Shown piece by piece: positions 48,591 to 60,700 of a stretch of 64,000 nucleotides of DNA (position 1 is its first letter; every line of letters begins with the position of its first letter). A program made the translations under genes and the position numbers. The notes under the pieces are model-generated. The model ran no database searches. It saw nothing but the letters and a program-made list of their open reading frames with translations, and was not told the DNA's origin. Source of the DNA: Malacoraja senta (taxonomy: Eukaryota); contig JAXLNO010000076.1 of NCBI GenBank assembly GCA_038087875.1, forward strand, positions 1 through 64,000. Direction: 5' to 3'.

Positions 48591-51500
48591 TCATGCTTGT
48601 AATAGGTCCAAAAACGTAGACCACGTCTTTTGAAATTGGTCTACTTTGCCTACTAGGAGGAATCTCATCTCTTCCAGATGTAATGTTTCCAACATATTTG
48701 ATGTCCACATTTTTATTGTTGGTGTGGGCGCATTTTTCCAGAATTTAAGTATAAGCTTTTTTCCCATTATTAGCCCATAATTGAGTAAATTCTTCTGATA
48801 CACGTTTAATTCAGGAATACCTTCCGATATTCCAAAAATAATCCATTCTGGTTTTGGTACCAGTTTTATTTTGATTAATTTTGAAAAAATATCAAATATT
48901 TCAAACCAGAATTTTTGGATTTTTGTACAAAAAACAAAAGAATGTGCTATGGTAGCTTCTTGACATATACATTTATCACAGATTGGTGAGACGTTAGGAA
49001 AGATTTTATTTAGTTTGGTTTTTGAATAATATAATCTATGTAATGTTTTAAATTGGATAAGCGTATGTCGTACGTTGATCGAGCATTTATGCACCTGTAA
49101 TAAATGATTATCCCAGCTCTCTTTTGAAATTTTTATACCTAGATCTTGTTCCCAATCTCTTCTAATTCCATCTGTTGTGGGTATTTCTATATTTAAGATG
49201 ATATTATATAAGTATGATATTAAATTAACTGATTCCGCCTTTGTCTTCATTGCTTCATCTAGTAAGTCGGAAGGCATATTATAATAATCTTTTGTGTGTG
49301 TTTTCAAATAGTCACAGATTTGTAGATATTTAAAATATTGATTATTTTTCAAATTATATTTCAGTTGTAGTTGTTGGAATGATAGTAATTTTTCTAATTC
49401 ATACAGATCTTCGAGCGTTTTGATTCCCATTCTTTCCCATTGTATAAATGCTTTATCTATGATTGAAGGTTTAAACGATGGGTTATTGACTATTGGTATT
49501 AAGAGAGATAGGTTTCTTAATTTTAGATTCTGTTTTATTTGCTTCCATGTTCTAATAGTGCTATATATAATTGGATTTTTATTATAATTTTTATTATTCA
49601 AATTTATTGGAGAGAGAATAATCGCTCCTATATTATTCGGGGAGCAATCCCCTTTTTCCATTATAATCCAGTCCACCTGCTGGGCAGAATTGTCCAGCAG
49701 GTGAATCATATTTTTAATATTTACTGCCCAGTTATAATACATAAAGTTAGGGAGCGCTAGACCCCCCAACTCTTTTCGTTTGTTAAGGTGTGTTCTTTGT
49801 ATTCTGTGGGATTTGTAATCCCATATAAAATTTGTAATGTCTGAGTCCAGTTTTTTGAAAAACTTTTTTGGGAGATATATAGGTATTGATTGAAATAGGT
49901 AAAGGATTTGTGGTAAGAAAATCATTTTTATAGCATTTATCCTACCTATTAAGGACATCGGAAGTGTTTTCCAAAATTTAATCAGATTATTTAATTTCTT
50001 AAGTAGGGGATTATAATTAGCTTTAAACATATCATGGTAATTTCTAGTAATCTCAATTCCTAAATATTTGAATTTTTCCATAGCTATTTTAAAAGGGAAT
50101 TTCCTGAGATGTGTTGAGTCTTTTGGTTTAATCGACATAATTTCACTTTTGTTCCAATTTATTCTATATCCTGAAAAGGATCCAAAGTCCTCAATTAAGT
50201 TTAATATATTTGGTATACTAATTTGTGGTTTTGTGATGTACAGTAGTACATCATCAGCATATAGGGATAGTTTGTTGTTTGAATATTTTGTGTTATAACC
50301 GTGAATATTCGAGTGTGTTCTTATTTTTTCAGCAAGGGGTTCAATTACCAAAGCAAATAACAGCGGTGATAGTGAACATCCTTGTCTGTTGCCCCTAGAT
50401 AATTCGAATTTTGAAGATAATATATTATTAGTTAGTATTCTAGCCGTAGGTTTGTTATATAGTAGTTTTATCCATGCAATAAAGTTTTCTCCCAATTGGA
50501 ATTTTTGCAATACTTTGATCATATAGTCCCATTCTACTTGATCAAACGCTTTTTCTGCGTCCAGTGAGATGATAGCTAACTCTTGGTCATAAGATTTATG
50601 TGAATGCATTATGTTAAGCAAACGTCTCAAATTATTAAATGAGTGTCTCTTAGGTATAAATCCTGTTTGATCCTCATGTATTAGTCTACTAACATACTTG
50701 CTTAATCTATTGGCTAATGTTTTTGCTATTATTTTCTGATCCGTATTTAACAAAGCAATAGCTCTATATGATCCTGGTTCTTCTATATTTTTATCTTTTT
50801 TAAGTATTAATATGATCGTTGATTCCGCTAGTGTTTCAGGTAGGTTTTGCTCTTTATAAGCATATGTATACATTTTTTGTAATCGTGGAGTAACTATATC
50901 ATAAAAAGATTTATAAAATTCATTACTGAATCCGTCTGGTCCTGGTGTTTTTCCATTTTTTAGTGTTTTTATTGTGTCTTCTATCTCCTTAGAAGTAATT
51001 TGTGCTCCCAGTTCCTCTTGTTCCCTGCGTTCTAATTGTGGTAGATTACAATTATCTAAAAATTCTGAGATTTTATTATTGTCTATTGACGTTTTAGATG
51101 TGTATAGATTCTGGTAAAATTGAGCAAATCTTTTATTAATATCCTTGGGTAGTGTTAATACTTCCCCTCTATCTGATTTAATCTTTAATATTGCATTCTC
51201 TTTTTCCCGTTTTTTAAGTTGTCGTGCTAGAAGTTTGTGGGGTTTGTCCCCGAATTCGAAGTGTTCTTGTTTTGTGATTTGAAATAATGTTATAACTTTC
51301 TCTGACAGTAATTTATTTAACTGAAATTTCAGTAGTAGTATTTTATTATGTTTATCCATAGTTGGGTCTTTAGCATTATCTATATCTAACTGTTTTATTT
51401 GATCTTCTAAGTGTCTTTGTTCATTCTTATTCTTTTTATTTTGATAAGCTTGAAATGAAATAATGACTCCTCTTATAAATGCTTTGAAGGATTCCCATAA

Positions 51501-52382
51501 TAACGTGGGGGATATCTCTGGTGTATCATTTAACTCAAAAAATAGATCCATCTGTTTTTTTAGATAGATACTCCCTTGAGGGTCTTTTAAAATTTGTGAG
51601 TTAAACCTCCAGAACGGTTTATTCATAGACATTCCTTCTAGTTTTAGAACAAAAGTTAACGGAGAATGATCTGAGATCGCATTAATATGATATTTAGGAT
51701 TCAGAGATTGCGAAATTAATTTTGTATCCACAAGAAAATAGTCTATCCGTGAATATGTTTTATGCACCATTGAATAAAACGAGTAATCCCTTCCCGTCGG
51801 GTTTGCAATCCTCCATACATCTGTTATATTTGTGTTTTCCATATATGTGTGTAAGAGTTCACTGGTTTTAGATTTCGTCTGACCTTTTTGTTTTTGCATC
51901 GATTTATCTAAATAAGGATCTAAAACACAATTAAAATCTCCTCCGATTATAACATTTTGATAATTAGATTCTGCAATTATATTCAGAATTTTATTAAAAA
52001 ATTGAGGGTTATCAAAGTTGGGCGCATATATGTTTACCAGCGTAATTGGCATATTATTGATCTCCCCTGCTACTATAAGATATCTCCCTTCCTTATCTAA
52101 AATAGTGTTCTTTGATTTAAATGGAATTCCTTTACGAATAATAATTGCAGTACCTCTAGATTTGGAGGTAAATGAAGAGTGAAATGTTTGGCCTATCCAG
52201 TTCGCCCTCAGTCTTGTCTGATCTTGCTGTTTAAGATGTGTTTCCTGTAGAAACGCAATGTCCGTGTTGTATGATTTCAACTGAGCTAGTATCTTGCCCC
52301 TTTTAATAGGTTCATTAATCCCCCTTATATTCCAACTACATAATGTGATTCCTCCTATTTTCTTTTGATTGTCGTCATGCAT
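48591..52382 (-). CDS. L1 ORF2p (endonuclease / reverse transcriptase), 1263 aa, uninterrupted
   Basis: 'SWNIRG', 'FLQETH', 'GGDFN', 'SRIDY', 'SDH', 'SLDAEKAFD', 'RQGCSLSPLLF', 'LYADD', 'KYLG', 'CDKC...HSFVFC'. Confidence 0.97.
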   Translation of the reverse strand: MHDDNQKKIGGITLCSWNIRGINEPIKRGKILAQLKSYNTDIAFLQETHLKQQDQTRLRANWIGQTFHSSFTSKSRGTAIIIRKGIPFKSKNTILDKEGRYLIVAGEINNMPITLVNIYAPNFDNPQFFNKILNIIAESNYQNVIIGGDFNCVLDPYLDKSMQKQKGQTKSKTSELLHTYMENTNITDVWRIANPTGRDYSFYSMVHKTYSRIDYFLVDTKLISQSLNPKYHINAISDHSPLTFVLKLEGMSMNKPFWRFNSQILKDPQGSIYLKKQMDLFFELNDTPEISPTLLWESFKAFIRGVIISFQAYQNKKNKNEQRHLEDQIKQLDIDNAKDPTMDKHNKILLLKFQLNKLLSEKVITLFQITKQEHFEFGDKPHKLLARQLKKREKENAILKIKSDRGEVLTLPKDINKRFAQFYQNLYTSKTSIDNNKISEFLDNCNLPQLERREQEELGAQITSKEIEDTIKTLKNGKTPGPDGFSNEFYKSFYDIVTPRLQKMYTYAYKEQNLPETLAESTIILILKKDKNIEEPGSYRAIALLNTDQKIIAKTLANRLSKYVSRLIHEDQTGFIPKRHSFNNLRRLLNIMHSHKSYDQELAIISLDAEKAFDQVEWDYMIKVLQKFQLGENFIAWIKLLYNKPTARILTNNILSSKFELSRGNRQGCSLSPLLFALVIEPLAEKIRTHSNIHGYNTKYSNNKLSLYADDVLLYITKPQISIPNILNLIEDFGSFSGYRINWNKSEIMSIKPKDSTHLRKFPFKIAMEKFKYLGIEITRNYHDMFKANYNPLLKKLNNLIKFWKTLPMSLIGRINAIKMIFLPQILYLFQSIPIYLPKKFFKKLDSDITNFIWDYKSHRIQRTHLNKRKELGGLALPNFMYYNWAVNIKNMIHLLDNSAQQVDWIIMEKGDCSPNNIGAIILSPINLNNKNYNKNPIIYSTIRTWKQIKQNLKLRNLSLLIPIVNNPSFKPSIIDKAFIQWERMGIKTLEDLYELEKLLSFQQLQLKYNLKNNQYFKYLQICDYLKTHTKDYYNMPSDLLDEAMKTKAESVNLISYLYNIILNIEIPTTDGIRRDWEQDLGIKISKESWDNHLLQVHKCSINVRHTLIQFKTLHRLYYSKTKLNKIFPNVSPICDKCICQEATIAHSFVFCTKIQKFWFEIFDIFSKLIKIKLVPKPEWIIFGISEGIPELNVYQKNLLNYGLIMGKKLILKFWKNAPTPTIKMWTSNMLETLHLEEMRFLLVGKVDQFQKTWSTFLDLLQA

Positions 52383-53600
52383 TTTTACCAGTTTTAATGA
52401 CCTTAATTATTGTGGTGCGTTCATACCTCCGGACTCTGGTTATTTTGGGAGTATTTCTATTATAGACTTCCTTGGTAGTTCTCCTGCGCGATTGTCCTTG
52501 AAGAAAAAACACACAGATGTGACATATTGTGATTAAAAAAAAAATATATAAATCAAATAAATTTACGGTGTCTAAAATTTCAACACCGTAGTGAGTGGCC
52601 CACTCGTCTGTGGGGTACGACATCCATAACGCTTCCGGCGTAGTTGGTATAAAGTTAGCCCCGCTGTATTTATTACCCAAAATCTATGGGGTCATTACCG
52701 TTTCCAATTCAGTTCTATTTCACCCAGTTACAATTTATATATATGTCAAATGTATTCGATTCCATATCCTACTCACTCTTTATCTCTTAACTATTTTAAA
52801 ATGAATTTAGTATTGTTAAAGTGAGCGGTTTACTGAGTGGATTAACCGGAGTCAGATTCCTGGAATTGTGCCAGGTGCCTGATCTCCTCTCCTCTCCACG
52901 AGCTGCGAACATAGGTGATAACTGCTGTCTGCGTTATGACGCAGGCACCACAGTTTTATCAGTTTCAAATATTATTTCTATATTAGTATTGTTAATTATT
53001 AATTATGATTAATTCTCAGCATTTTGTAAAACTATATAAGCCGTATATATTTTTCATATCAACCTCGAGTGTATATTATCTCTTAACTATTTTAAATTGG
53101 TTTTAATATTGTTAAAAATGAGCTGTTCGCTGGAAGGGTTAACGGGAGTCTGGCTCCTGGAGTTATGCCAGGTACCCGGTCTCCCCCTCCCTCCACTCTC
53201 GAGCTGCATAGCACTTGCTGTTATCTGCTAAACAGAGCAGACTGCACATTTTTTATCTATTTCAATTGCTATTTCTATATTAGTATTGTTAATTGTTAAT
53301 TATTATTAGTTCTCAGTTTTTTCAGTTTTTTATAAACAATATAAGCCATGTGATGTTTTTCACTCTCAGCCCAGCAGTTCGTCCCGTGTTATCAGGTTTT
53401 CCTCGTTTGAGCACGTAGTGTCCTTGAATTACATAGCACAATGTTCCAGCGAAGATAATAATGTCTAGCCACGTCTCCCTAAGAATCTGTTGCTTGAAGT
53501 CAAATAAAAAATAAAAAATCAGTGTTCAGTTAATTCACTTTCCTTGTGATACTCTTGTTGGAAGAATAAGCAAGTTCATTTGTTCATGTCGTCTTGGTTT

Positions 53601-54596
53601 TCAATCTCCAGTTGATGCAGCCTTAGTCGCGATTTCTTGAGCGTATTTGAGAGATTCATCCGAATTAGTGAATGTTTTTGACACTCCCTCAAAGGTGATA
53701 CGCATTCTAGCCGGATAGAACACTCCACACAAAACTCCCTTAACACCATAAAGAACTTCTCTGGTCTGTGAGAACTTTCTTCTCTTTTGCTCAATCTCAT
53801 AAGGGTAGTCCCGTAGGAGTTTAATAGTATCACCTCTGTACATCATCTTCTCTCCGTGGTTGATTTTTTTCATCAGCGCTTCCATTGTTGAGATATCCCG
53901 AAGTTTAATTATGATCTGTCGTGGGTAGGCACGTTCTCCTTGAGATCTTGATTTAAATCTGGGGAGTCGATGTGCTACTTCAATTACAGGTACTTCTGGT
54001 AGCTTCAGTACGTGTTTAATTAGGTTGGCAGCGAACTCACAAACATTGTCCCCCTCAGCTCCCTCTTTTACACCACGTATTCTTATATTTTGGCGTCTTG
54101 AGCGAGCTTCTAGGTCAACACATTTATTCGAAACCTTTGTGACTTGGTTCTTGAGACTATCTATTTCTGACTTCATAGTCTGCATCTCTCCAGCCATCAC
54201 TTCCACAACAGCTTCCAAATCATTCACTGCAGATGCATTTGCAGCCACAGTTTCGTACACAGCCTCAAACATCTTTGTGGTCTCTTCTGCCACCTTTTCA
54301 ATTTTTATCGATAATCCTTTTTCCACACCTTCAATTCTTTTTTGGAGAGCCTCAATACCCTCAAGTATTTTATCATTACCGGCCATCAATTTACTGTTCC
54401 CAGCTTCCATATCATTTTTGATATCTCTTACCGAGTTTCTTAAGTCCTCCATTTCGGCTTTCTCTTTTGCAGATCGAGTAGCCATTCCAGAGACCTCTCC
54501 AGAGGTCAGTTCTGAAGTTTCTTGCTGTTCCAGAGTCTTCAGCAGATGTTTTGAGATTTTCCTCTGTGGGCTCTGACCTGGAGATGTACTTTTCAT
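53601..54596 (-). CDS. L1 ORF1p (RNA-binding, transposase-22-like), 331 aa
   Basis: Heptad coiled coil, 'DLEARSRRQNIRIRGVKEG', 'IEVAHR', 'PRQIIIKL', 'YPARMRITF'. Confidence 0.95.
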   Translation of the reverse strand: MKSTSPGQSPQRKISKHLLKTLEQQETSELTSGEVSGMATRSAKEKAEMEDLRNSVRDIKNDMEAGNSKLMAGNDKILEGIEALQKRIEGVEKGLSIKIEKVAEETTKMFEAVYETVAANASAVNDLEAVVEVMAGEMQTMKSEIDSLKNQVTKVSNKCVDLEARSRRQNIRIRGVKEGAEGDNVCEFAANLIKHVLKLPEVPVIEVAHRLPRFKSRSQGERAYPRQIIIKLRDISTMEALMKKINHGEKMMYRGDTIKLLRDYPYEIEQKRRKFSQTREVLYGVKGVLCGVFYPARMRITFEGVSKTFTNSDESLKYAQEIATKAASTGD

Positions 54597-54790
54597 TTAA
54601 AATGACTTTCCCTCCGTTAAAATCGCGGCGCTTACTGATGACGTCATCAGCACCGCGACATGAAGCTCCGGTAAGTTTTTAAAAACGGTCCCGACCTCCA
54701 GACCCGATTTTAACGCGAAAAATCGCGATTTTTTTCAGCGGAGCTAAAAAGTTTGCGACTGCTAGCAGAGCATGTCGCAACCGGAAGTCC
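54597..54790 (-). promoter_or_regulatory. L1 5'UTR / putative internal promoter
   Basis: CpG-rich, with a 16-bp palindrome CTGATGACGTCATCAG (CRE core) at 54635-50 and ETS-type CCGGAAGT at 54781-88. Function is inferred. Confidence 0.6.
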
Positions 54791-57700
54791 AAGATAAATT
54801 TCTATCCCTATTGTGTTCTGTTTCAATAGATTACAATTTAGGTAAACCACCATACAATTTAATTATGATTAATTTAAATATGATTTACTGAGATCTAATG
54901 TAAGAAAATGACTGCTACTCTTGCTTTCTCCAGTTAACTCTATTAATCAGCAAGTGCACAACAGACAACTTATTTGATATGGTCAAACGTAGACTCGCTC
55001 TGAAATTCACAGCCGAGACTTTGAGTTGGAGTGAAGAATTATGTCTGGAATTTAACACAGTGGAGAAGAAGAGGGTGATTCAGAGAGGTGTGGGAAGGAA
55101 CTGCAGATGCTGGTTTAAACCGAAGATAGACACAAAAAGCTGGAGTAACTCAGCGGGACAGGCAGCATCTCTGGAGAGAAGGAATGGGTGACGTTTCGGA
55201 AGGAGACCCTCTTCAGAGAGAGAGTGTTGTTCAAGTGGTTGGGATGGCGAAGAGTTATCCTGGGGTGGGTGTTTGCAGAACTTGGTATGTCAAGGTGAGA
55301 TCAGAAAGGACAGAAAAAATGAAGACAAATGAGGAGTGAGGATGGAATTGGAGATCATGAACTTGAAGGAGGAGATCGGACTCTAGTCATAGTCTTTTTG
55401 GTGTCAGCCGTCATTGGGAGAGTTGGTGATGGAAGCATGTCTTGGGGGAATCACAAAGTTAAAGCGATGCACATTGATTCCTACTCTGTCACAAGTAAAA
55501 TTATAACTATAATGATAACTCACTATAACTGAGCGTTTGACAGCACTGGGCTTGTACTCGCTGGAGTTTAGTAGGTTGATGGGGGACCTCATTGAAACTT
55601 ACAGAATAATGAAAGGCATAGATGGAGTGAATGTGGAAAGTATCTTTCCACTGGTGGGAGAGTCTTGGACCAGAGGTCATAGTCTCAGAATTAAAGGGCG
55701 CTCTTTTAGAAAGGAGGTGAGGAGGAACTTCTTTAGTCAGAGGGTAGTTAATCTGTGGAACTCATTGCCACAGAGGGCTGTGGAGGCCAAGTCAGTGGAT
55801 ATTTTTTAAGGCAGAGATAGACAAATTCTTGATTAGAATGAGTGTTTAGGGTTATGGGGAAAAGGCAGAAAAATGGGATTAAGAGGCATAGATCAGCTAT
55901 GATTGAATGGCGGAGTGGACTCAATGGGCCGAATGGCCTAATTCGACTCCAATAATGTGAACTTTTGAACTATATAATTGGTCAGCCATTTTGCATCCTT
56001 TCACCTGCCAACCTTCTCGAAGCTTGGAAAGCAGTTGAAAATCAGATTCTTGTTAAAAGGAAAGGACAAACTATCCATAAAAGTACAATATACCTCCAAT
56101 CCTGCCTCTGTTAAGTCTTGAAAAGGGTGTGATCGAAGGGCATAGGTTTTCTGCATTAGATTTCCTAACTTTATTTGATCTTTCATTTTCAGCATTTCAT
56201 TTATCCATTTGTCTAATTAATTCCTGGTATTATTCCAATGAATTGTTGCTACACTATAAATTGCTCTGAAAAACTTTTATTAAAGCAAAATATTGAATGG
56301 CTAACAATATTCCAATTATGACCTTTGTAATATCGTGCAGAAATTCAACACTTTTGCTCCTGTACCTTCCCGACATAGGTTATGCCTTCAGTGCAAAATT
56401 TGTGCAATAATTACCTTAATGAGCTGGAAATGATTTTTGTTCAAGCCCTTTTTAAGTTTTGATTATGCTTATAACTTTACAAATGATGTGCATTTGATGT
56501 TCATTTATCTAACGGATGTATCTAAGAATTCATTAAATATAGCCATTGAAAATTCTGGAAATAAAAGTACAGATTTTTCAATTAGCATTAGTTTAACAGG
56601 AGCTATAAACATTTTGGATTACTGCTGGGTTTGAAATAATGGATGGCTTTAATATAATCGTATATATAATTATGAGAGGCATAGATGGGTTATACACTCA
56701 GAACTGTTTTCCCAGGGTGGAAATGTCAAAAAAATAGAGGGTATAGATATAAGGTGAGAGGGGGGAAAGTTTAATAGAGATGTGTGGGGTAAGGTTTTCA
56801 CACAGAAAGTGGTGGGGGCCTGGAGCACATTGCCAGCAGTGGTGGTGGAGGCAGATATGATAGCAGCGTTTAAGATGCTTTTAGATAGGCACATGGAAGT
56901 GTAGGGAATAGAGGGGATATGGCTCATGTACAGGCAGATGTGATCAGTTAACTTGATGTCACACTCAGTGTATACAAGGGTCCGTTCCTGTGCTATACTG
57001 TTCTATGTTCTATGTTACTATATTACTTACCAAAGTGAAAGGCTTGGTAGAATGGATTTGGAGAGGATATTTCCATTAGTGGGAGAGTCTAGGACCAGAG
57101 GTCATAGCCTCAGAATTAAAGAATGTTCCTTTAGGAAGGAGATGATGAGGAATTTCTTTAGTCAGAGGGTGGTGAATCTGTGGAATTCGTTGCCACAGAA
57201 GGCTGCGGAGGCCAAGTCAATGGATATTTTTAGGATAGATTCTTGATTGGTGTCAGGGGTTGTGGGGAGATGGCAGGAGAATGGGGTTAGGAGGGAGAGA
57301 TAGATCAACCATGATTGAATGGCGGAGTAGACTTGATGGGTCGAATGGCCTAACTCTGCTCCTATCACTTATGACATGATCTTATGTTCTATGATTGGCA
57401 AAGTCAAGTTAAAATGTCTTGCTTATTTGCTGGGGAGAATACTAACAAGGACACTCAATTTGATTCTTTACAGATATATGGGTGAGAATCTGTGCAAAAG
57501 AATGATTTAAAGCATCAGATGTAATTTGAGCAGGGGAACACACATGCGGCTGACAATGTTTGTGCTCAAATAGAGAATGGCTCAACCTTGAAGTGTAAGG
57601 AAAATTAAGGGTGAAGGACTTGCATATGCTGCTCTTATTATGGAAACGGAAGACTAAATGAAAGTTGCTTGGGTCTCTTCCCTTCCCAGTGTCTGTGTCT

Positions 57701-60700
57701 ATCTGCCCATCACCGCATAGTTTGGGAACAGCTCCATCCAAGACTGCAAGAAATTGTGGAGAATGATGAATGCAGCCCAGACCTTCACACAAACCACCCT
57801 CCCTTCCATTGTCTCCATTTACACCTCATGCTGCCTCAGCAAGGCTACCAGCAGAATCAATGAAGTCACACCGGGCCCCTCCCCCCTCTTCCCTCTCCGA
57901 TGAGGCAAGTGGTATAGAAGTGTGAAAACACACACCTCCAGATTCAGTGACAGTTTCTTCCCAGCTGTTATCAGGCAACTGAACCATCCTACCAACAACT
58001 AGAGAGCAGTCCTGAGCTACTATCTACCTCATTGGAGACCCTCAGACTATCTATCTTTCATCGTACCGTTCTGGACTTGAACTAAACATTATTCACATTT
58101 ATCCCTTTATCATTTATCTGTACACTGAGAATGGCGTAATTGTAATCATGTGTTGTCTTTCTGCTCACTGGTTAGCATGCAACAAAAGCTTTTCACTGTA
58201 CCTTGGTACACGTAATAATACAGTAAACCAAACTAAACTAAATTAAACTAAACTAAACAACAGAGGACAACAGAGGAGGAGGACTGAACTTTGGTACCTT
58301 CCCTCACAGTGGGTAACTTTGATACCGTTGTGTGGGGATGTTTATGTTAAAGACTAGCGTGTTCTGTGTTCTTTATTTTATTCGTATGGCTGTATGGTGA
58401 CCACAAATTTCACTGTACCAATTGGTGCATGTGACAATAAATGTCTTGTCTCTTGTAAATAAATCTAAATTAACCTCACCTGGTTCTACCTATCACTTAT
58501 CAACCTCCATGCCATTCCTCCGTTAACTCACTTGTATTAGGTCTACCTCTTCCCTCTACCTTCTCAGTCCTGATCTCAAGCTGGAACATTGACCATCCCT
58601 TGCCTTCATAGACGCTGCCTGACCCATTAAGATCCTCCAGCAGTTTGCTTATTTCTTCAGATTCCTGCATTTGCTGTCTTTTGCTCCTTTTGCTTAGATC
58701 AATATTTCGATGCAGAGAAGGTTTGCATGATCTTTAATGATACCCTGCCTAGCAGTTTCTTTCAATCATAGGAATCTTTCCAGAAAACGTTAGTGCCACA
58801 TTGGGACGATGACGTAATATCAGATTTATGGCTAGAATTTATGCTGAATAGATAATGATGTTACCGGCAAAGGGTTGTCATTAATTAAATAGCTTTTGAT
58901 CACGGCATTAGTGAAGTTCTCTATGGTTCTTTAGGGACCATTGATGTTTATTGCCTACATCAATAGTTGAATGAGGCCATTACTAGAACCAGTCATACAT
59001 TTAAAAATAACATTAAAAAGTTCACAAATGTTAGAAATTTAAACCATATTGCCTGTAGGCTATGTTTAAACTTTGAAGGAAACCATATTCCCACAATATG
59101 GAAAAGTATAAGCTAACTTGTTAGTTTTGAGATATATGTGAATGGTGTTCTTTAAGACTTCCAGAGCAGGAGATGGATCAGAAAGATTAGACTTTAGACT
59201 TTAGATATACAGTGCAAAAACAGGCCCTTAGGCCCACCGAGTCTGCTCCAACCAGCGATCACCACGTGCACTGGCACTATCCTACACACACTAGGGACAA
59301 TTGACATTTTTTTTACCAAAGCCAATTAACCTACAAACCTGTACGTCTTTGGAGTGTGAGAGGAAACCGGAGCACCCGGAGAAAAGCCACGTGGTCACAG
59401 GGTGAACGTGCAAACTCCATACAGACAGCACCCAGGTTAGGATCGAACCTGGGTCTCTGGCACTGTAAGGCAGCAACTCTACTGCTGTGCCACTGTGCCA
59501 CCCATAAAAACCCATAATGGCACAGACTGTGTCATAAACCCATAACAGGAGTAAATATATATATTTCTGCCTGCACATATAAGTATAATATCACATTAAA
59601 AATGCTCCACATAAACTGCATCAAGCTTCATTACACTTGCAGATGGGATAAAATTTCCAGATTGTGACTATTTCCAGTGCAGATACTCTGGATTATTTTG
59701 GGATGGATGGATGGTAATAATAGTCAAAATACTCACATATACTTTTCAGATGGAGTTCAGGAGTATGTATCCTCCTTCTTTAAATGAGTGATATTGAGAA
59801 ATTCGCCCACCCGACTCTAATGAATCTACAAACACAACTATCATTATTTGATAGTGATTTAGTGATTATTTGATAACTTAATGCCTTCTCATTTGTGGGA
59901 ATGAGTAATGGTAGCTTTGGACTGGAAAGCAACTCTATTTCATTCCTACTCCATTGGAGAAGTTGTATCAGAGCAATAGTGTGAGGTGCTTGTACTACTG
60001 ATTCACTCATTTTGTTTTTAATTTTAGTTTTAGAGATACAGCGCGGAAACTGGGCCTTCCAGGGGCAATTTTTTTTTAGCAGAGGCCAATTGATCTAGAA
60101 TCCTGCATGACTTTGGAATGTGGGAGGAAATTCGGAGCACCCGGAGAAGACCCACATGGTCACAGGGAGAATATGTATACTCCGTACAGACAGCACCCAT
60201 AGTCAGGATCGAACCCGGGTCTCTGGTGCTGGAAGGTAGCAACTCTACCGCTGTGCCACTGTACCTAATATAAATGAAGGATGCTTATTCTGGAGTCAAG
60301 ATAATTTGCAGGATGGAGATTAATGCAGATGGCATTGCACTGATAATACAGTTTGGATATAGGTGTGACAGTTGTGATTACTACAAGTTTAAGCACAGTC
60401 AATGTAGCAATTACATTCAAAACTTGATAAGTAGAAGATTATAGACTTATTGCTAAAATGAGGGCAATGCCAAACTGAACTTGTCATAATTGAACTGCCT
60501 ATTGAGCTATGAGACATGTTCAGATATTAAGAACAAGCAGCATAATTTTTGTAAACTGTAAATAACTAACTTTGCCAATCAGTTATTTTAATCTTGAAAG
60601 TTGAATGTCTTGAAGTACTTTGTTAAATTAAAGGTAGATATAACAATCCATGTAATTCTGAATGATATTTTCCTCTGTTAAAATGAACATGTATCTTAGT

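Larger units (their letters stand above)
48191..54790 (-). mobile_element. Full-length, apparently intact L1 LINE
   Basis: 5' end GGACTTCCGG, CpG-rich 5'UTR, open ORF1 and ORF2, 3'UTR with AATAAA and poly(A). TSD AAGATAAATTTCT at 48178-90 and 54791-803, extendable by GTCC. Confidence 0.97.

Noticed and set aside
52375..52680. 101-aa upstream ORF whose stop overlaps the L1 ORF2 start (ATGCATGA)
   Set aside because: The other L1 reads ATGCAAGA at its ORF2 start, so the overlap is not conserved. No protein motifs.
54025..54576. 183-aa antisense ORF in L1 ORF1 (also 1436-1762)
   Set aside because: Most simply the antisense shadow of a coiled-coil coding sequence. The 54025 ORF starts at TTG rather than ATG, and neither has recognisable motifs.
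59730..59830. Minus-strand exon ending at a GTGAGT donor
   Set aside because: All three frames from the nearby acceptors contain stop codons.
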